A stretch of DNA of 64,000 bases from assembly GCA_001871765.1 (NCBI GenBank), contig MNVN01000010.1, positions 74 through 64,073 on the forward strand, given 5' to 3'. Positions within the stretch are counted from its first letter, which is position 1, and the number at the start of each line of letters is the position of its first letter. This DNA comes from Candidatus Nomurabacteria bacterium CG1_02_43_90. GTDB lineage: Bacteria > Patescibacteriota > Minisyncoccia > Phycocordibacterales > UBA1550. The position numbers and the translations under genes were made by a program. Below are positions 27,596 to 36,739 of the stretch, piece by piece. The notes below the pieces were generated by a model, which was not told the origin of the DNA, searched no databases, and worked only from the letters and a program-made list of their open reading frames with translations.

Positions 27596-27868
27596 TTATT
27601 TAACTGCGTCTTTGAGCGCCTTTGCTGCGCGGAACTTTGGAACCTTGGTTGCAGGAACCTGAATTGCCTCACCAGTCTTTGGGTTGCGCGCGGTGCGTGC
27701 TGCACGTGGCTTTACTGAAAAGATACCAAGACCTGCGATTGAAACTTCTTCACCTTTCTTGAGTGTTGAAACCATTGCTTCGAGGATTGCATCAAGTGTT
27801 TGTTCTGCTGATACTTTTGTTCCACCCATCTTCTCGTGGATAACCTCAACGATAGCTGCTTTGTTCAT
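27596..27868 (-). CDS. hup: HU-family DNA-binding protein.
   Basis: MNKAAIVEVIHEK...GLGIFSVKPRAARTARNPKTGEAIQVPA. Confidence 0.9.
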   Translation of the reverse strand: MNKAAIVEVIHEKMGGTKVSAEQTLDAILEAMVSTLKKGEEVSIAGLGIFSVKPRAARTARNPKTGEAIQVPATKVPKFRAAKALKDAVK

Positions 27869-28081
27869 AATATTATTTTGATTAACTTTTAATATAAAAC
27901 TTTTTTGCTCGCGACACTTCTCACCATATCATGCATCTTTTGTGCGATGATATGAGCAAGATTGGAGTTGCCCCCTCGACGCGAGCAATACCTCCTTGTC
28001 TGATAGTATACTCTTCTCTCCATTTTAACGCAATAGGCACAAGGGTCATGGGTATAATCTGCGATATTTTTGAAAATATGA

Positions 28082-29614
28082 CTACCTTGCGTACTCGATA
28101 GCTCGTGATTCGCGGATGACTGCCACTTTTATTTCTCCTGGGTATTTAAGCTCCTTCTCTATACGCAAAGCAATCTCTCGTGCAAGATTTTTGCTCTCAA
28201 GATCGCTGATCTCCTCAGACTTCACAAAAATACGTAATTCTCTACCAGCTTGTATGGCATAGGTCTTTTCGACAGCAGGGAAGGATTTTGCGATACTTTC
28301 GAGGTCTTCGAGGCGTTTAAGGTAGTTTTCTGTGGAGTCACGGCGCGCCCCTGGACGTCCTCCTGAAACAGAGTCAGCAGTCTGTACGATGATAGATTCT
28401 AGTGTTTCATAGGGGTATTCTTCATGGTGCGACTGCATTGCTTGGATGATTCGGGGATCAGTGTCAAATTTTTGAAGAATACGCCGACCTATTTCTACGT
28501 GCGTTCCCTGTACTTCGTGGTCCACTGCCTTTCCAAGGTCGTGGAGGAGTGCTCCGGCTTTTGCAACGGCAACATTTCCCCCTATTTCCTCTGCGATCAT
28601 TCCGGAAATATGCGCCATTTCAATAGAATGCTGAAGCACGTTTTGTCCATAACTTGTGCGAAAATGGAGACGTCCAAGAATTGCGATGACGTGGGGATCA
28701 AGATTAAACACGCCACACTCGTATGCCGCCTGCTCTCCTTTTTCTTTTGTGATCTTGGTAATCTCGTCTTGTGCCTTTGCGACTGCTTCCTCGATCTTTG
28801 CTGGCTGGATACGTCCATCAGCAATCAGGTTTTCGAGTGCAACACGTGCAATTTGCCGACGGATGGGGTCAAACGAAGAGATGAGAATTGAACCAGGGGT
28901 ATCGTCAATCACCACTTCAACTCCTGCAGCACGCTCAAATGCACGAATGTTACGGCCTTCCTTTCCGATAATCTTTCCTTTGATTTCGTCTGAAGGGATA
29001 GGAACCGATGTCGCCATAATTTCTGAAGCTGTTGAACTGGCAAGGCGTTGAATTGAAGTAGCAAGAATATCGCGTGCTTTTGCAAGCAAACGTTCCTCCC
29101 CATTTTGTTCAATTTTTTTCATACGCGCCAGAATGTCTTCCTCGGAACGTTTCTCTACTCGTTCAAGAAGTTCTTCTTTTGCTTCGGTGCTTTCAAGGTG
29201 TGCGATTCGCTCAAGTTCGTGTTCCGCAAGTTCGTTTTTCTTGGTTACTTTTTCGCGAATTATTTCTATTTCTTCGCTTTTTTCTTTTATCCCTGCAACT
29301 TCGTTATCAATATCACTTTGTCGTTTGTCGAGGAATTCCTCTCTTTTAATGAGTCGTTCCTCTGTTTTTTTGAACCGTTCTTCATGCTCATGCTCTTTTT
29401 TGTGGAATTCTCGTTCGTAGATTTCGGCTTTCCGGTCGGCTTCCTCGAGGATCTTCTGTGCTTCCTCTTTTGCAGAAAGGAGTACTTGTTTCACTTCAAG
29501 TTCGATAGATCCTTTTTTTGAAACGCTGATAAACCAGCGTAAAAGGTACCCAAGTGCCGCACCGACCAGAATTGCCATCACGCCACCAAGCGTGAGTGCA
29601 ATGTTAATGTCCAT
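28082..29614 (-). CDS. rny: Ribonuclease Y.
   Basis: N-terminal TM, coiled coil, KH domain (IGKEGRNIRAFERAAGV) and HD domain (HSIEMAHISG...LLHDLGK). Confidence 0.9.
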   Translation of the reverse strand: MDINIALTLGGVMAILVGAALGYLLRWFISVSKKGSIELEVKQVLLSAKEEAQKILEEADRKAEIYEREFHKKEHEHEERFKKTEERLIKREEFLDKRQSDIDNEVAGIKEKSEEIEIIREKVTKKNELAEHELERIAHLESTEAKEELLERVEKRSEEDILARMKKIEQNGEERLLAKARDILATSIQRLASSTASEIMATSVPIPSDEIKGKIIGKEGRNIRAFERAAGVEVVIDDTPGSILISSFDPIRRQIARVALENLIADGRIQPAKIEEAVAKAQDEITKITKEKGEQAAYECGVFNLDPHVIAILGRLHFRTSYGQNVLQHSIEMAHISGMIAEEIGGNVAVAKAGALLHDLGKAVDHEVQGTHVEIGRRILQKFDTDPRIIQAMQSHHEEYPYETLESIIVQTADSVSGGRPGARRDSTENYLKRLEDLESIAKSFPAVEKTYAIQAGRELRIFVKSEEISDLESKNLAREIALRIEKELKYPGEIKVAVIRESRAIEYAR

Positions 29615-29853
29615 ATGTTTTGATAGTCCGCGAAACCTAGAAAATCGTTTATTTCCCTAGGTTATTTGGGTGATTATGTTGGTAATAAGTGTCAATTTAA
29701 ATTTAAAGTAAGAACACTTTTATACTACCTTGAAAATGGGAGAATGTCCATTTTGTTGTTTTTGTGGATACCAGCGCAATCGTTTGAGTTATATACAAAA
29801 AACAGCTGAGCCATTTTTGAAAATGGCTCAGCTGTTTTTTGTATGCCCTCTGT

Positions 29854-30450
29854 TTATCCGCGGGGATTCTTCGGTTTGTAGATTTCATCAACAATGCCGT
29901 ATTTCTTTGCATCGTCTGCGTACATATAGAAATTACGGTCCGCGTCTTTCTCTACCTGTGCAAGAGGCTTGCCGGTATTCTTTGCTAAAATTTTGTTGAG
30001 ATTTTCTTTGGTCCTCAAAATATGTTTTGCAGAAATGGCAATATCAGATGCTTGCCCTTCGGTACCACCGAGTGGTTGGTGAATCATCACTTCGGCATTA
30101 GGGAGAATGAAACGTTTACCCTTTGCACCTGCAGAAAGAAGTACTGCCCCCATGGATGCTGCCATTCCTACGCAAATAGTCGCAACATCAGGTTTCACGT
30201 GTTGCATGGTATCGTAGAGTGCCATACCCGCAGTAACTGAACCACCTGGTGAGTTGATGTAAAGGTAGATGTCCTTCTTCGCATCTTCTGATTCGAGGAA
30301 GAGGAGTTGCGCAATGGCGATGTTTGCAGAATCATCATCGATGACCCCCGTGAGAAAAATGATGCGCTCTTTGAGAAGTCGTGAATAAATATCATAGGCG
30401 CGTTCGCCTTGTTGTGATTTTTCAATAACTGTTGGTATTAAGTAAGACAT
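29854..30450 (-). CDS. clpP: ATP-dependent Clp protease proteolytic subunit.
   Basis: Catalytic Ser context [16 protein letters not shown]...[11 protein letters not shown]...IHQPLGG. The start is taken at the [11 protein letters not shown] (30450). The ORF extends to 30576, but that extension is not ClpP-like. Confidence 0.85.
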   Translation of the reverse strand: MSYLIPTVIEKSQQGERAYDIYSRLLKERIIFLTGVIDDDSANIAIAQLLFLESEDAKKDIYLYINSPGGSVTAGMALYDTMQHVKPDVATICVGMAASMGAVLLSAGAKGKRFILPNAEVMIHQPLGGTEGQASDIAISAKHILRTKENLNKILAKNTGKPLAQVEKDADRNFYMYADDAKKYGIVDEIYKPKNPRG

Positions 30451-30601
30451 AAGAGGATAATACCACATGATGAAACGAGTGCAATCATTGACAAATAATA
30501 ATAAATATGCCGCCTTATTGTCAGTGGCGCTTGGCTGGCAGATTAACCAGAAATACCTGTGAGTAGCGGGTATCATGTTCTATTACAAAAGGAGAAATGT
30601 C

Positions 30602-30976
30602 ATGAGTAATGACAACGAAGTACTTGCCCGCATTTTAAAACTGCTTGCATCGATCCTCAAGATGGTTGTGGATGGAAAGCGTGACGCAGAAATGGTTGCA
30701 GACTGTTTGCAAAGGATTGTTAATGAGGGAGAGATTGGTGCTGTCATCATCGTCGACCGCAATGTGCGCCCGACCTATCCTGGCTGGATAAAAAGCGTGT
30801 TGTATCCAGAAATAGAAAACACGGGCCCGAGCGAGTTCGAGGCAAGTAAGCTTGACCAGTGGTTTCACAACAACCAAAAGACGGGAGTTGTGACAGGCAA
30901 TGTCATTCACGAGCATATCAAGAGCAACAATATGCTCGAAGGGTGTCTCGGACTGCGTGACCTCGAAGAAATATAA
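30602..30976 (+). CDS. Hypothetical cytoplasmic protein (124 aa).
   Basis: Strong RBS AAAGGAG 7 nt upstream of ATG 30602. No motif recognised. Confidence 0.45.
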   Translation: MSNDNEVLARILKLLASILKMVVDGKRDAEMVADCLQRIVNEGEIGAVIIVDRNVRPTYPGWIKSVLYPEIENTGPSEFEASKLDQWFHNNQKTGVVTGNVIHEHIKSNNMLEGCLGLRDLEEI

Positions 30977-31289
30977 AAAAGACATTTTCTTTTTTATGGA
31001 CACTTCAAAGGTAAGGCAGTATTCGGTTGGAAGTCGATCGTACGGCGCGCCGGTAGCAGCCTTCACGCGCCGTGTCTCCTTGAGCGCGGTGGTGAGGTTG
31101 TGCTCTGTTGGTACTGGCTTGACGACGACTGGAGCTCCTACCACTCGGCTCTCCGCTTCGCAACTCACTTCATTTCAAAACTCCCCACTTTTACTTGAGG
31201 TTTTGTTTTTTGTACTGAGCTGTTAGACAGTATTTTTACTGTAGTGACAATGTATTGATAGAAAATTTTAGGAGGTATATACTTTTCAT

Positions 31290-31484
31290 ATGAACACAAC
31301 GCTACAAATTCTGCTGGATCAGAAGATGAAAAGTGAGGCGAGTAAAATCTTTAAGTCTATTGGAATCACGCTCTCTAGCGGTCTTAAGTTATATTTGGCG
31401 TACGTAGTAAATACGGCGAGGATACCCTTTGATATATCTGCAACAGATAATATTTCCGAGTCTAAAAAGAAAAAAGTTAAATAA
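31290..31484 (+). CDS. dinJ: RelB/DinJ-family antitoxin, apparently orphan.
   Basis: LLDQKMKSEASKIFKSIGITLSSGLKLYLAYVVNTARIPFDI matches the DinJ pattern. The next gene is rsmE, 3 nt downstream. No toxin gene found on either side. Confidence 0.6.
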   Translation: MNTTLQILLDQKMKSEASKIFKSIGITLSSGLKLYLAYVVNTARIPFDISATDNISESKKKKVK

Positions 31485-31486
31485 TT

Positions 31487-32197
31487 ATGCGATTGCACCG
31501 ATTTTTTACAGAGGAGAAGATTCCTACGAGCGGAGAGTTTTCTGTTACGAATGAAACTCTGCTCAATCAATGGCGGAATGTTTTGCGTATGGAAGTGGGG
31601 AAGAGCCTCATACTTTTTGATGGGACGGGAGATGAAGTGTTGTGTGAAGTTGTTTCACTTACAAAAAAAAGTGCAACGTTGAAAATACAGGAACGGGAAC
31701 AAGGAGTTGCCCCCACTCGAAAGGTTACGCTCTATATGACGCTCATCAAGAAAGATAATTTTGAAATGATCCTCGAGAAGGCGACGGAACTTGGTGTGTC
31801 GCGTATTGTACCTATAGAAACAAGTCGCACGGAAAAGAAAGGCGTGAACTATGAGCGCGCTCGAAAGATTGTTCGTGAAGCATCGGAGCAGTCGGGGCGA
31901 GCAACGGTGCCGACGGTCTGTGAAATCGTTCATATTTCGGACCTCTCAGGAAGGCCCGGCCTTCCTGAGAGTGAGGGGTTGGTGGTATTTGATCCCCGCG
32001 GTGAAAAAAGCGCCCGCGCTTTTTTCACCGCGGGCGACACTACCCCCGTCGCACTCCTTATTGGTCCCGAAGGTGGTTTCACTGATGAAGAGATGGCACG
32101 GTTTTACTCACGTAACGTACATGTGGTTAGCATGGGTACACAAATTCTCCGTGCAGAGACCGCGGCTGTGGTGGCGTTGGCGATGGTCCTTGTTTAA
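31487..32197 (+). CDS. rsmE: 16S rRNA (uracil1498-N3)-methyltransferase.
   Basis: MRLHRFF...PUA-like N-terminus...LIGPEGGFTDEE...VSMGTQILRAETA. Confidence 0.85.
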   Translation: MRLHRFFTEEKIPTSGEFSVTNETLLNQWRNVLRMEVGKSLILFDGTGDEVLCEVVSLTKKSATLKIQEREQGVAPTRKVTLYMTLIKKDNFEMILEKATELGVSRIVPIETSRTEKKGVNYERARKIVREASEQSGRATVPTVCEIVHISDLSGRPGLPESEGLVVFDPRGEKSARAFFTAGDTTPVALLIGPEGGFTDEEMARFYSRNVHVVSMGTQILRAETAAVVALAMVLV

Positions 32198-32249
32198 ATA
32201 TATACAAAAAAGACCGACGTGATGTCGGTCTTTTTTGTATATAGTATCT

Positions 32250-33269
32250 TTACTTCTGCCCCTCCAAGAACTGGAAGACTTTTTCGTTGCCGAGCATCAT
32301 TTCGAGGCGGAGGCGGACGCGGCCTTCGTCGGCGTCTTTGTATTGTTCGGTAAAAAATTTCACTTCGCGATCGAGGTCTTCTTTGAGGACTTCAAGCTTC
32401 TCTTCTTCTGCGATACGGGTAAGGGCGATTTGAACTTTTGCACGTTTCTCTGCGTCAGGAACCCATTCTTTGCGCATGTCCTCCTCGGTCTTTTTGATGG
32501 TGGTGAGGTATTCTTCAAACTTCATCCCCATCTGCTCTACATCATGACGGAACTGCCCCATCATGCGAGTAAGCTCACCGTCGATGAATACTTTCGGAAG
32601 TTTCACCGTCATACCGTCTGTTATCTTTTCCATCGTTTGCATGCGCTTCTTTTCACGGGTGCGGTTTGTCTTTTCATGAGTGATGGATTCGCGAACTTTT
32701 GATTTGAATTCATCTACGGTTGCGAATGGTCCAAACTTTTGTGCGAGCTCGTCGGTGACTTCAGGAAGTATTTCCTTCCCGTCGGCGTCCTTGGTGGCAA
32801 ACTGCTTGCGGAGTTCATTTACTGCTTGCTCGACTTCTTCATCGGTTGCCTCAGGTGCTTCGTCCTTCGTGATCATTACTTCTTTGGCCAGCGCTTTGTA
32901 TTCGGGAAGGGTAATCTCAGGCATGACTTGAAAGGTGAGAGTGAACTCAAAAGGATTACCCTTTGCGAGTTTGGTTACGGCGACGCTTGGCATACCTACT
33001 GCATGGATTTTGTGACGTTTTAAAATTTCTGGATATGCATGGTCAATAGCGAGATTTGCCATTTCTTCGTTGATAAGTGCTTCACCAAACTTTTGCGTAA
33101 TCATTGTTTCGGGAACATGTCCTTTCCGGAATCCGGGGAGTGAAATTTCCTCACCTACTTTTTTGAGTGCAACGGCGCGTTCTTTTTCAAAGATGTCGGC
33201 AGGAATCTCGCACGTAATCATGACTTCGCTTTCGGGAAGATCTTTTATGGTTGTTTTTATTTCATTCAT
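32250..33269 (-). CDS. tig: Trigger factor (short form; a PPIase domain is not evident).
   Basis: Signature GFRKGHVP in the ribosome-binding N-domain. Start at MNEIKTT (33269). Confidence 0.8.
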   Translation of the reverse strand: MNEIKTTIKDLPESEVMITCEIPADIFEKERAVALKKVGEEISLPGFRKGHVPETMITQKFGEALINEEMANLAIDHAYPEILKRHKIHAVGMPSVAVTKLAKGNPFEFTLTFQVMPEITLPEYKALAKEVMITKDEAPEATDEEVEQAVNELRKQFATKDADGKEILPEVTDELAQKFGPFATVDEFKSKVRESITHEKTNRTREKKRMQTMEKITDGMTVKLPKVFIDGELTRMMGQFRHDVEQMGMKFEEYLTTIKKTEEDMRKEWVPDAEKRAKVQIALTRIAEEEKLEVLKEDLDREVKFFTEQYKDADEGRVRLRLEMMLGNEKVFQFLEGQK

Positions 33270-33307
33270 AGGTTCATAATATAGCGTCTTTGGGGGCGTT
33301 TTGCAAT

Positions 33308-33356
33308 CCACTACACAAAGGGGCGCGACCTTCGGTCGCGCCCCTTTGTGTAGTGG
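33308..33356 (-). terminator. Perfect 23-bp stem with UUCG tetraloop, between the 33378-33686 gene and tig.
   Basis: ccactacacaaaggggcgcgacc-ttcg-gtcgcgcccctttgtgtagtgg. Confidence 0.55.
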
Positions 33357-33377
33357 GAGGATTACCTAATTTTGTGT

Positions 33378-33686
33378 TTAAAACGTAATGTCCTTTAGTC
33401 CTGCTGTGATGTTAGAGAGATCAGTTGTATTGAGGTCTTTTTTGATATCCGTGATGCTTGTGGAGGTTCCTTGTGCTGATAGTTTTGAAACGACCGCATC
33501 GTTCTCTGCGCCAGTTTCTGGAGTAAAAGCTTGATTCATTTCTTCTGCTACAGAAGGAACTTTTTTAAGTGAATAAAAAGCGCCAACACCAAGAAGGCCT
33601 ACGATGATGATGATACTAATGATAACACCAAAAGGAGTCTTCTCTTCCTGTGTCCCTGGTAATATCGTATTTGTTTCTTGTTCCAT
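33378..33686 (-). CDS. Small hypothetical membrane protein.
   Basis: One TM helix (VIISIIIIVGLLGVGAFY). Ser/Thr-rich tail. Confidence 0.45.
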   Translation of the reverse strand: MEQETNTILPGTQEEKTPFGVIISIIIIVGLLGVGAFYSLKKVPSVAEEMNQAFTPETGAENDAVVSKLSAQGTSTSITDIKKDLNTTDLSNITAGLKDITF

Positions 33687-33707
33687 GATAATGATGAAGT
33701 TATGAGG

Positions 33708-34541
33708 TTATTTTATTATTGAGATTGCTTGAGCAATTTCGTTTTGTGCATCCTGAATGTTTTGCACGGCTTCTTTTATGAGGGGTTCTGTTGCAAGAAG
33801 GCCTTCTTTTGGTGCTTGGCTTGCAAGTGCGCTCGTTATCTCAAATTTCACCGTGATTGTTTTTGCGCGCGCTTCGTCAAGATTTGTTTTTGCACTGGCG
33901 AGATGCGAACGAGAGACGGATACGTCACTCCCTTTTGCTTCAAGTGTATCAAGGGCTAGGGAGACACGGTCAGAGATTTTTTGTATGCGGTCTGTTGCGG
34001 TATTAAGACGAATGCCGACGAGATGTGCTTGCTGGTTCGCGAGTTCAATACGCTTTTTCTGTGCAACGTCTTTGATTGAGTTGGTGCGATTCTGAATTTC
34101 TTTGCGCATTTCGGTGGTTGAGGCCTGGAGCATTCTTTCTCGATCTTGTATCTCCTTGCGTGCTTCAGTTGTCGATGCTTGGAATACTCGTATTTTACCT
34201 CGAACATCTTTTTGTATTTCCGTGGTTGAGGCACGAAGCATTCGTTCGCGGGCCTGCATTTTTTGAGCTTTTGCATTCATTTCGACCCTAATGTTATTTC
34301 GCATTTGGGTTGTCGATGCTACAAAATCTTTACGTACGGTGTTTGCTTCTTGTCGAAGGTCGCGGAGCTCTGGGCGCACTCCTATCGGAGGAACGGGTGG
34401 CATCATAATTCCAGGACGCGCATTCATCGTCGCCTCTCCTGATACCGTTGTCTCAATACTCTGCGCGCTCGCAATCATTGCTCCTCCTGCTAAAAGAGCG
34501 AGAGCAATAGCACTAATGTTTTTCTTCATGTGGTATATCAT
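33708..34541 (-). CDS. Secreted coiled-coil protein with internal tandem repeats (core ASTTExxKxIQxRERML).
   Basis: Signal peptide MKKNISAIALALLAGGAMIASAQS. About four degenerate ~57-bp DNA repeats across ~34100-34330. Confidence 0.5.
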   Translation of the reverse strand: MIYHMKKNISAIALALLAGGAMIASAQSIETTVSGEATMNARPGIMMPPVPPIGVRPELRDLRQEANTVRKDFVASTTQMRNNIRVEMNAKAQKMQARERMLRASTTEIQKDVRGKIRVFQASTTEARKEIQDRERMLQASTTEMRKEIQNRTNSIKDVAQKKRIELANQQAHLVGIRLNTATDRIQKISDRVSLALDTLEAKGSDVSVSRSHLASAKTNLDEARAKTITVKFEITSALASQAPKEGLLATEPLIKEAVQNIQDAQNEIAQAISIIK

Positions 34542-34748
34542 TAAAAATTCTCTGCCTATTAAAACAACCTTTTACACACATCTAGTATACAAGAACAGAA
34601 AAAACTCCACAATGTTATATGCCTGGCATGAGCATGTCTTTTGCATCGGTTGAGTAAGGTTCGTTCGCGAGGATAGAAGTTTTCCTTCCCACAAAAAAAC
34701 ACCGGCTAGTCGGTGTTTTTTTGTGGAATAACAGAACACTCCCTGCGA

Positions 34749-35279
34749 TTACTTTCCCTGATCTTTTTTGTACAATTCAATACTCTTCAATACTGCTTGG
34801 TGGGCGGCGTCCTTGCCTTCGAAACCAGAAACTTCTACGATTTTGTTTTGAATTTTTTTGTAAGTGGTAAAGAAGTGCTCCATTTCTTTGAGTGTGTGTT
34901 TGTTGATGTCGCCGAGATCCTGTACTTCTGACCAGCGTGGATCATCAAGCGGTACGGCAATCACCTTGTCGTCGCCCTCGCCAGAATCGGTCATATGCAT
35001 AATAGCAACAGGGCGGACGGCTACGAGAATACCAGGGAAAAGTGGATACGTGGTGAGGATGACTACGTCGAGTGCATCACCGTCATCCCAGAGTGTCTGA
35101 GGTGCAAAGCCATAATCAAACGGATAATCTTGAGAGGTGTGCATTGCGCGGTCGAGGGCAATCAGTCCTGTTTCTTTATCAATCTCGTATTTATTTTTTG
35201 AACCTTTTGGAATTTCAACGATGACGTTGATTTCTTCAGGAACATTTTTACCAAGGGAAACATCGTGCCATAAGTTCAT
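34749..35279 (-). CDS. ppa: Inorganic pyrophosphatase (family I).
   Basis: DGDALDVV...the DDKV(I) motif region. Confidence 0.9.
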   Translation of the reverse strand: MNLWHDVSLGKNVPEEINVIVEIPKGSKNKYEIDKETGLIALDRAMHTSQDYPFDYGFAPQTLWDDGDALDVVILTTYPLFPGILVAVRPVAIMHMTDSGEGDDKVIAVPLDDPRWSEVQDLGDINKHTLKEMEHFFTTYKKIQNKIVEVSGFEGKDAAHQAVLKSIELYKKDQGK

Positions 35280-35319
35280 GATAGTTAATAGTTAATAGTC
35301 ATTAGGAAGTGTGCGAGCT

Positions 35320-36564
35320 TTATTCCGTAGCAGTGGGGGTCTCTTCGACAATAATAGGGGTCTCTATTGCTACTTCTGTTTTTTCAACAGAAGGTTCTTC
35401 TGCTGATTCAGCTGTTGCCACTACTTCACCAGGGAGTCCAACAATATCGAGCTTCCATCCGGTAAGCTTTGCGGCAAGGCGTACATTTTGTCCTCCGCGA
35501 CCAATAGCAAGTGATTGCTGATCGGCAGAAACGGTAACGGTAGCCTGGTGGTTTTCTTCATTGATTTCAACAGACTGAACGTGTGCAGGAGAGAGTGCAT
35601 CCTCGATGAACTTCTTTGCATCTTCTGACCATACGATGAGGTCGATTTTTTCTCCGCCGAGTTCGCTCATGACGGTTGATACACGCACGCCACGTTGTCC
35701 TACACAGGATCCGATAGGATCAATGTGTTCATCACTTGAGGTCACCGCAATCTTTGCGCGGGAACCTGCTTCGCGGGCGATTGATTTGATTTGCACCGTA
35801 CCTGCTGCTACTTCGGGCGCTTCTTGTGCAAAGAGCTTCTCGATCATCTTTGGGTGGGAGCGAGAAAGGCGTACGTCAATACCACGAGGAGTCTCTTCTA
35901 CTTTGTAGAGGTAGGCATGAATGCGCTCACCTTGCTTGTAGTGTTCGCCAGGAATCTGATCTTCGTAGGCGAGGAGTCCTGTTGTTTTGCCAAGGTCGAC
36001 AAAAATGTTGCCCCGCTCCATGCGCTGTACTGTACCCTGCACAATGTCCCCTTGCTTACTTCCGTATTCACCGATGATAGAAACTTTCTCTGCTTCGCGG
36101 ATACGTTGAATAATCACCTGTTTTGCCGTCTGTGCAGCAATGCGACCGTAGTCGTCATGTGCTTCGAGGGGGAAGATGATTTCGTCGCCAGAAACAGCAT
36201 CACGTTTGATACGGCGTGCATCCTCGATAATAATGTCATGTTCGAGACTAAAGCGACGGAGAGAGATTTCTTCGCCTTCTGCCAACCCTTCATTGAGTTT
36301 CGCTTCTTTTGCAGCAGCTTCCTCGTCAGTTTCTTCGGGCATACGTACGGCGGTTTCATCAACCACGATTTTTACTTGTACGAATTCTGTTTTTCCTGAG
36401 TTTATGTCAAAAACGGCGCGTACAATCTGCCCTTTTTTCCCAAAGTCTTTTTTGTATGCGGCCGCGAGCGCTTGCTCTATTGCTTCAATAATCTTTTCGC
36501 GCGGGATGCCACGCTCTTGCTCGAGTTGCTCAAGTGCTAACCCCAATTGTTTTAAGTCTAACAT
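35320..36564 (-). CDS. nusA: Transcription termination/antitermination factor NusA.
   Basis: N-terminal domain, S1, two KH domains (...SIAREAGSRAKIAV...). Confidence 0.9.
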   Translation of the reverse strand: MLDLKQLGLALEQLEQERGIPREKIIEAIEQALAAAYKKDFGKKGQIVRAVFDINSGKTEFVQVKIVVDETAVRMPEETDEEAAAKEAKLNEGLAEGEEISLRRFSLEHDIIIEDARRIKRDAVSGDEIIFPLEAHDDYGRIAAQTAKQVIIQRIREAEKVSIIGEYGSKQGDIVQGTVQRMERGNIFVDLGKTTGLLAYEDQIPGEHYKQGERIHAYLYKVEETPRGIDVRLSRSHPKMIEKLFAQEAPEVAAGTVQIKSIAREAGSRAKIAVTSSDEHIDPIGSCVGQRGVRVSTVMSELGGEKIDLIVWSEDAKKFIEDALSPAHVQSVEINEENHQATVTVSADQQSLAIGRGGQNVRLAAKLTGWKLDIVGLPGEVVATAESAEEPSVEKTEVAIETPIIVEETPTATE

Positions 36565-36739
36565 GGTTGATTTCCGGAAATTTTTAATAAAAATTGCCCG
36601 TTTTCGAGACGGACATTAACTTTTTTATTATAGCAAATGGTCAATAGTGAGTCAATGTCTGTTTTTTGGGATAAAATTTTTCTCTACCCCCGCGCATGAT
36701 TGCACTCAATCATGCGCGGGGGTATACTAGAGGTATCTT

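Noticed and set aside
30575-30601. The upstream ATG (30575) as the start of the 30602-30976 gene, and TTG 22918 / TTG 46209 / GTG 51442 as starts of the CDF, recJ and MBL genes.
   Set aside because: The downstream ATGs have better context (AAAGGAG RBS at 30602, extended -10 geometry at recJ). The upstream extensions overlap tRNA-associated repeats or the palindrome, or encode non-conserved residues.
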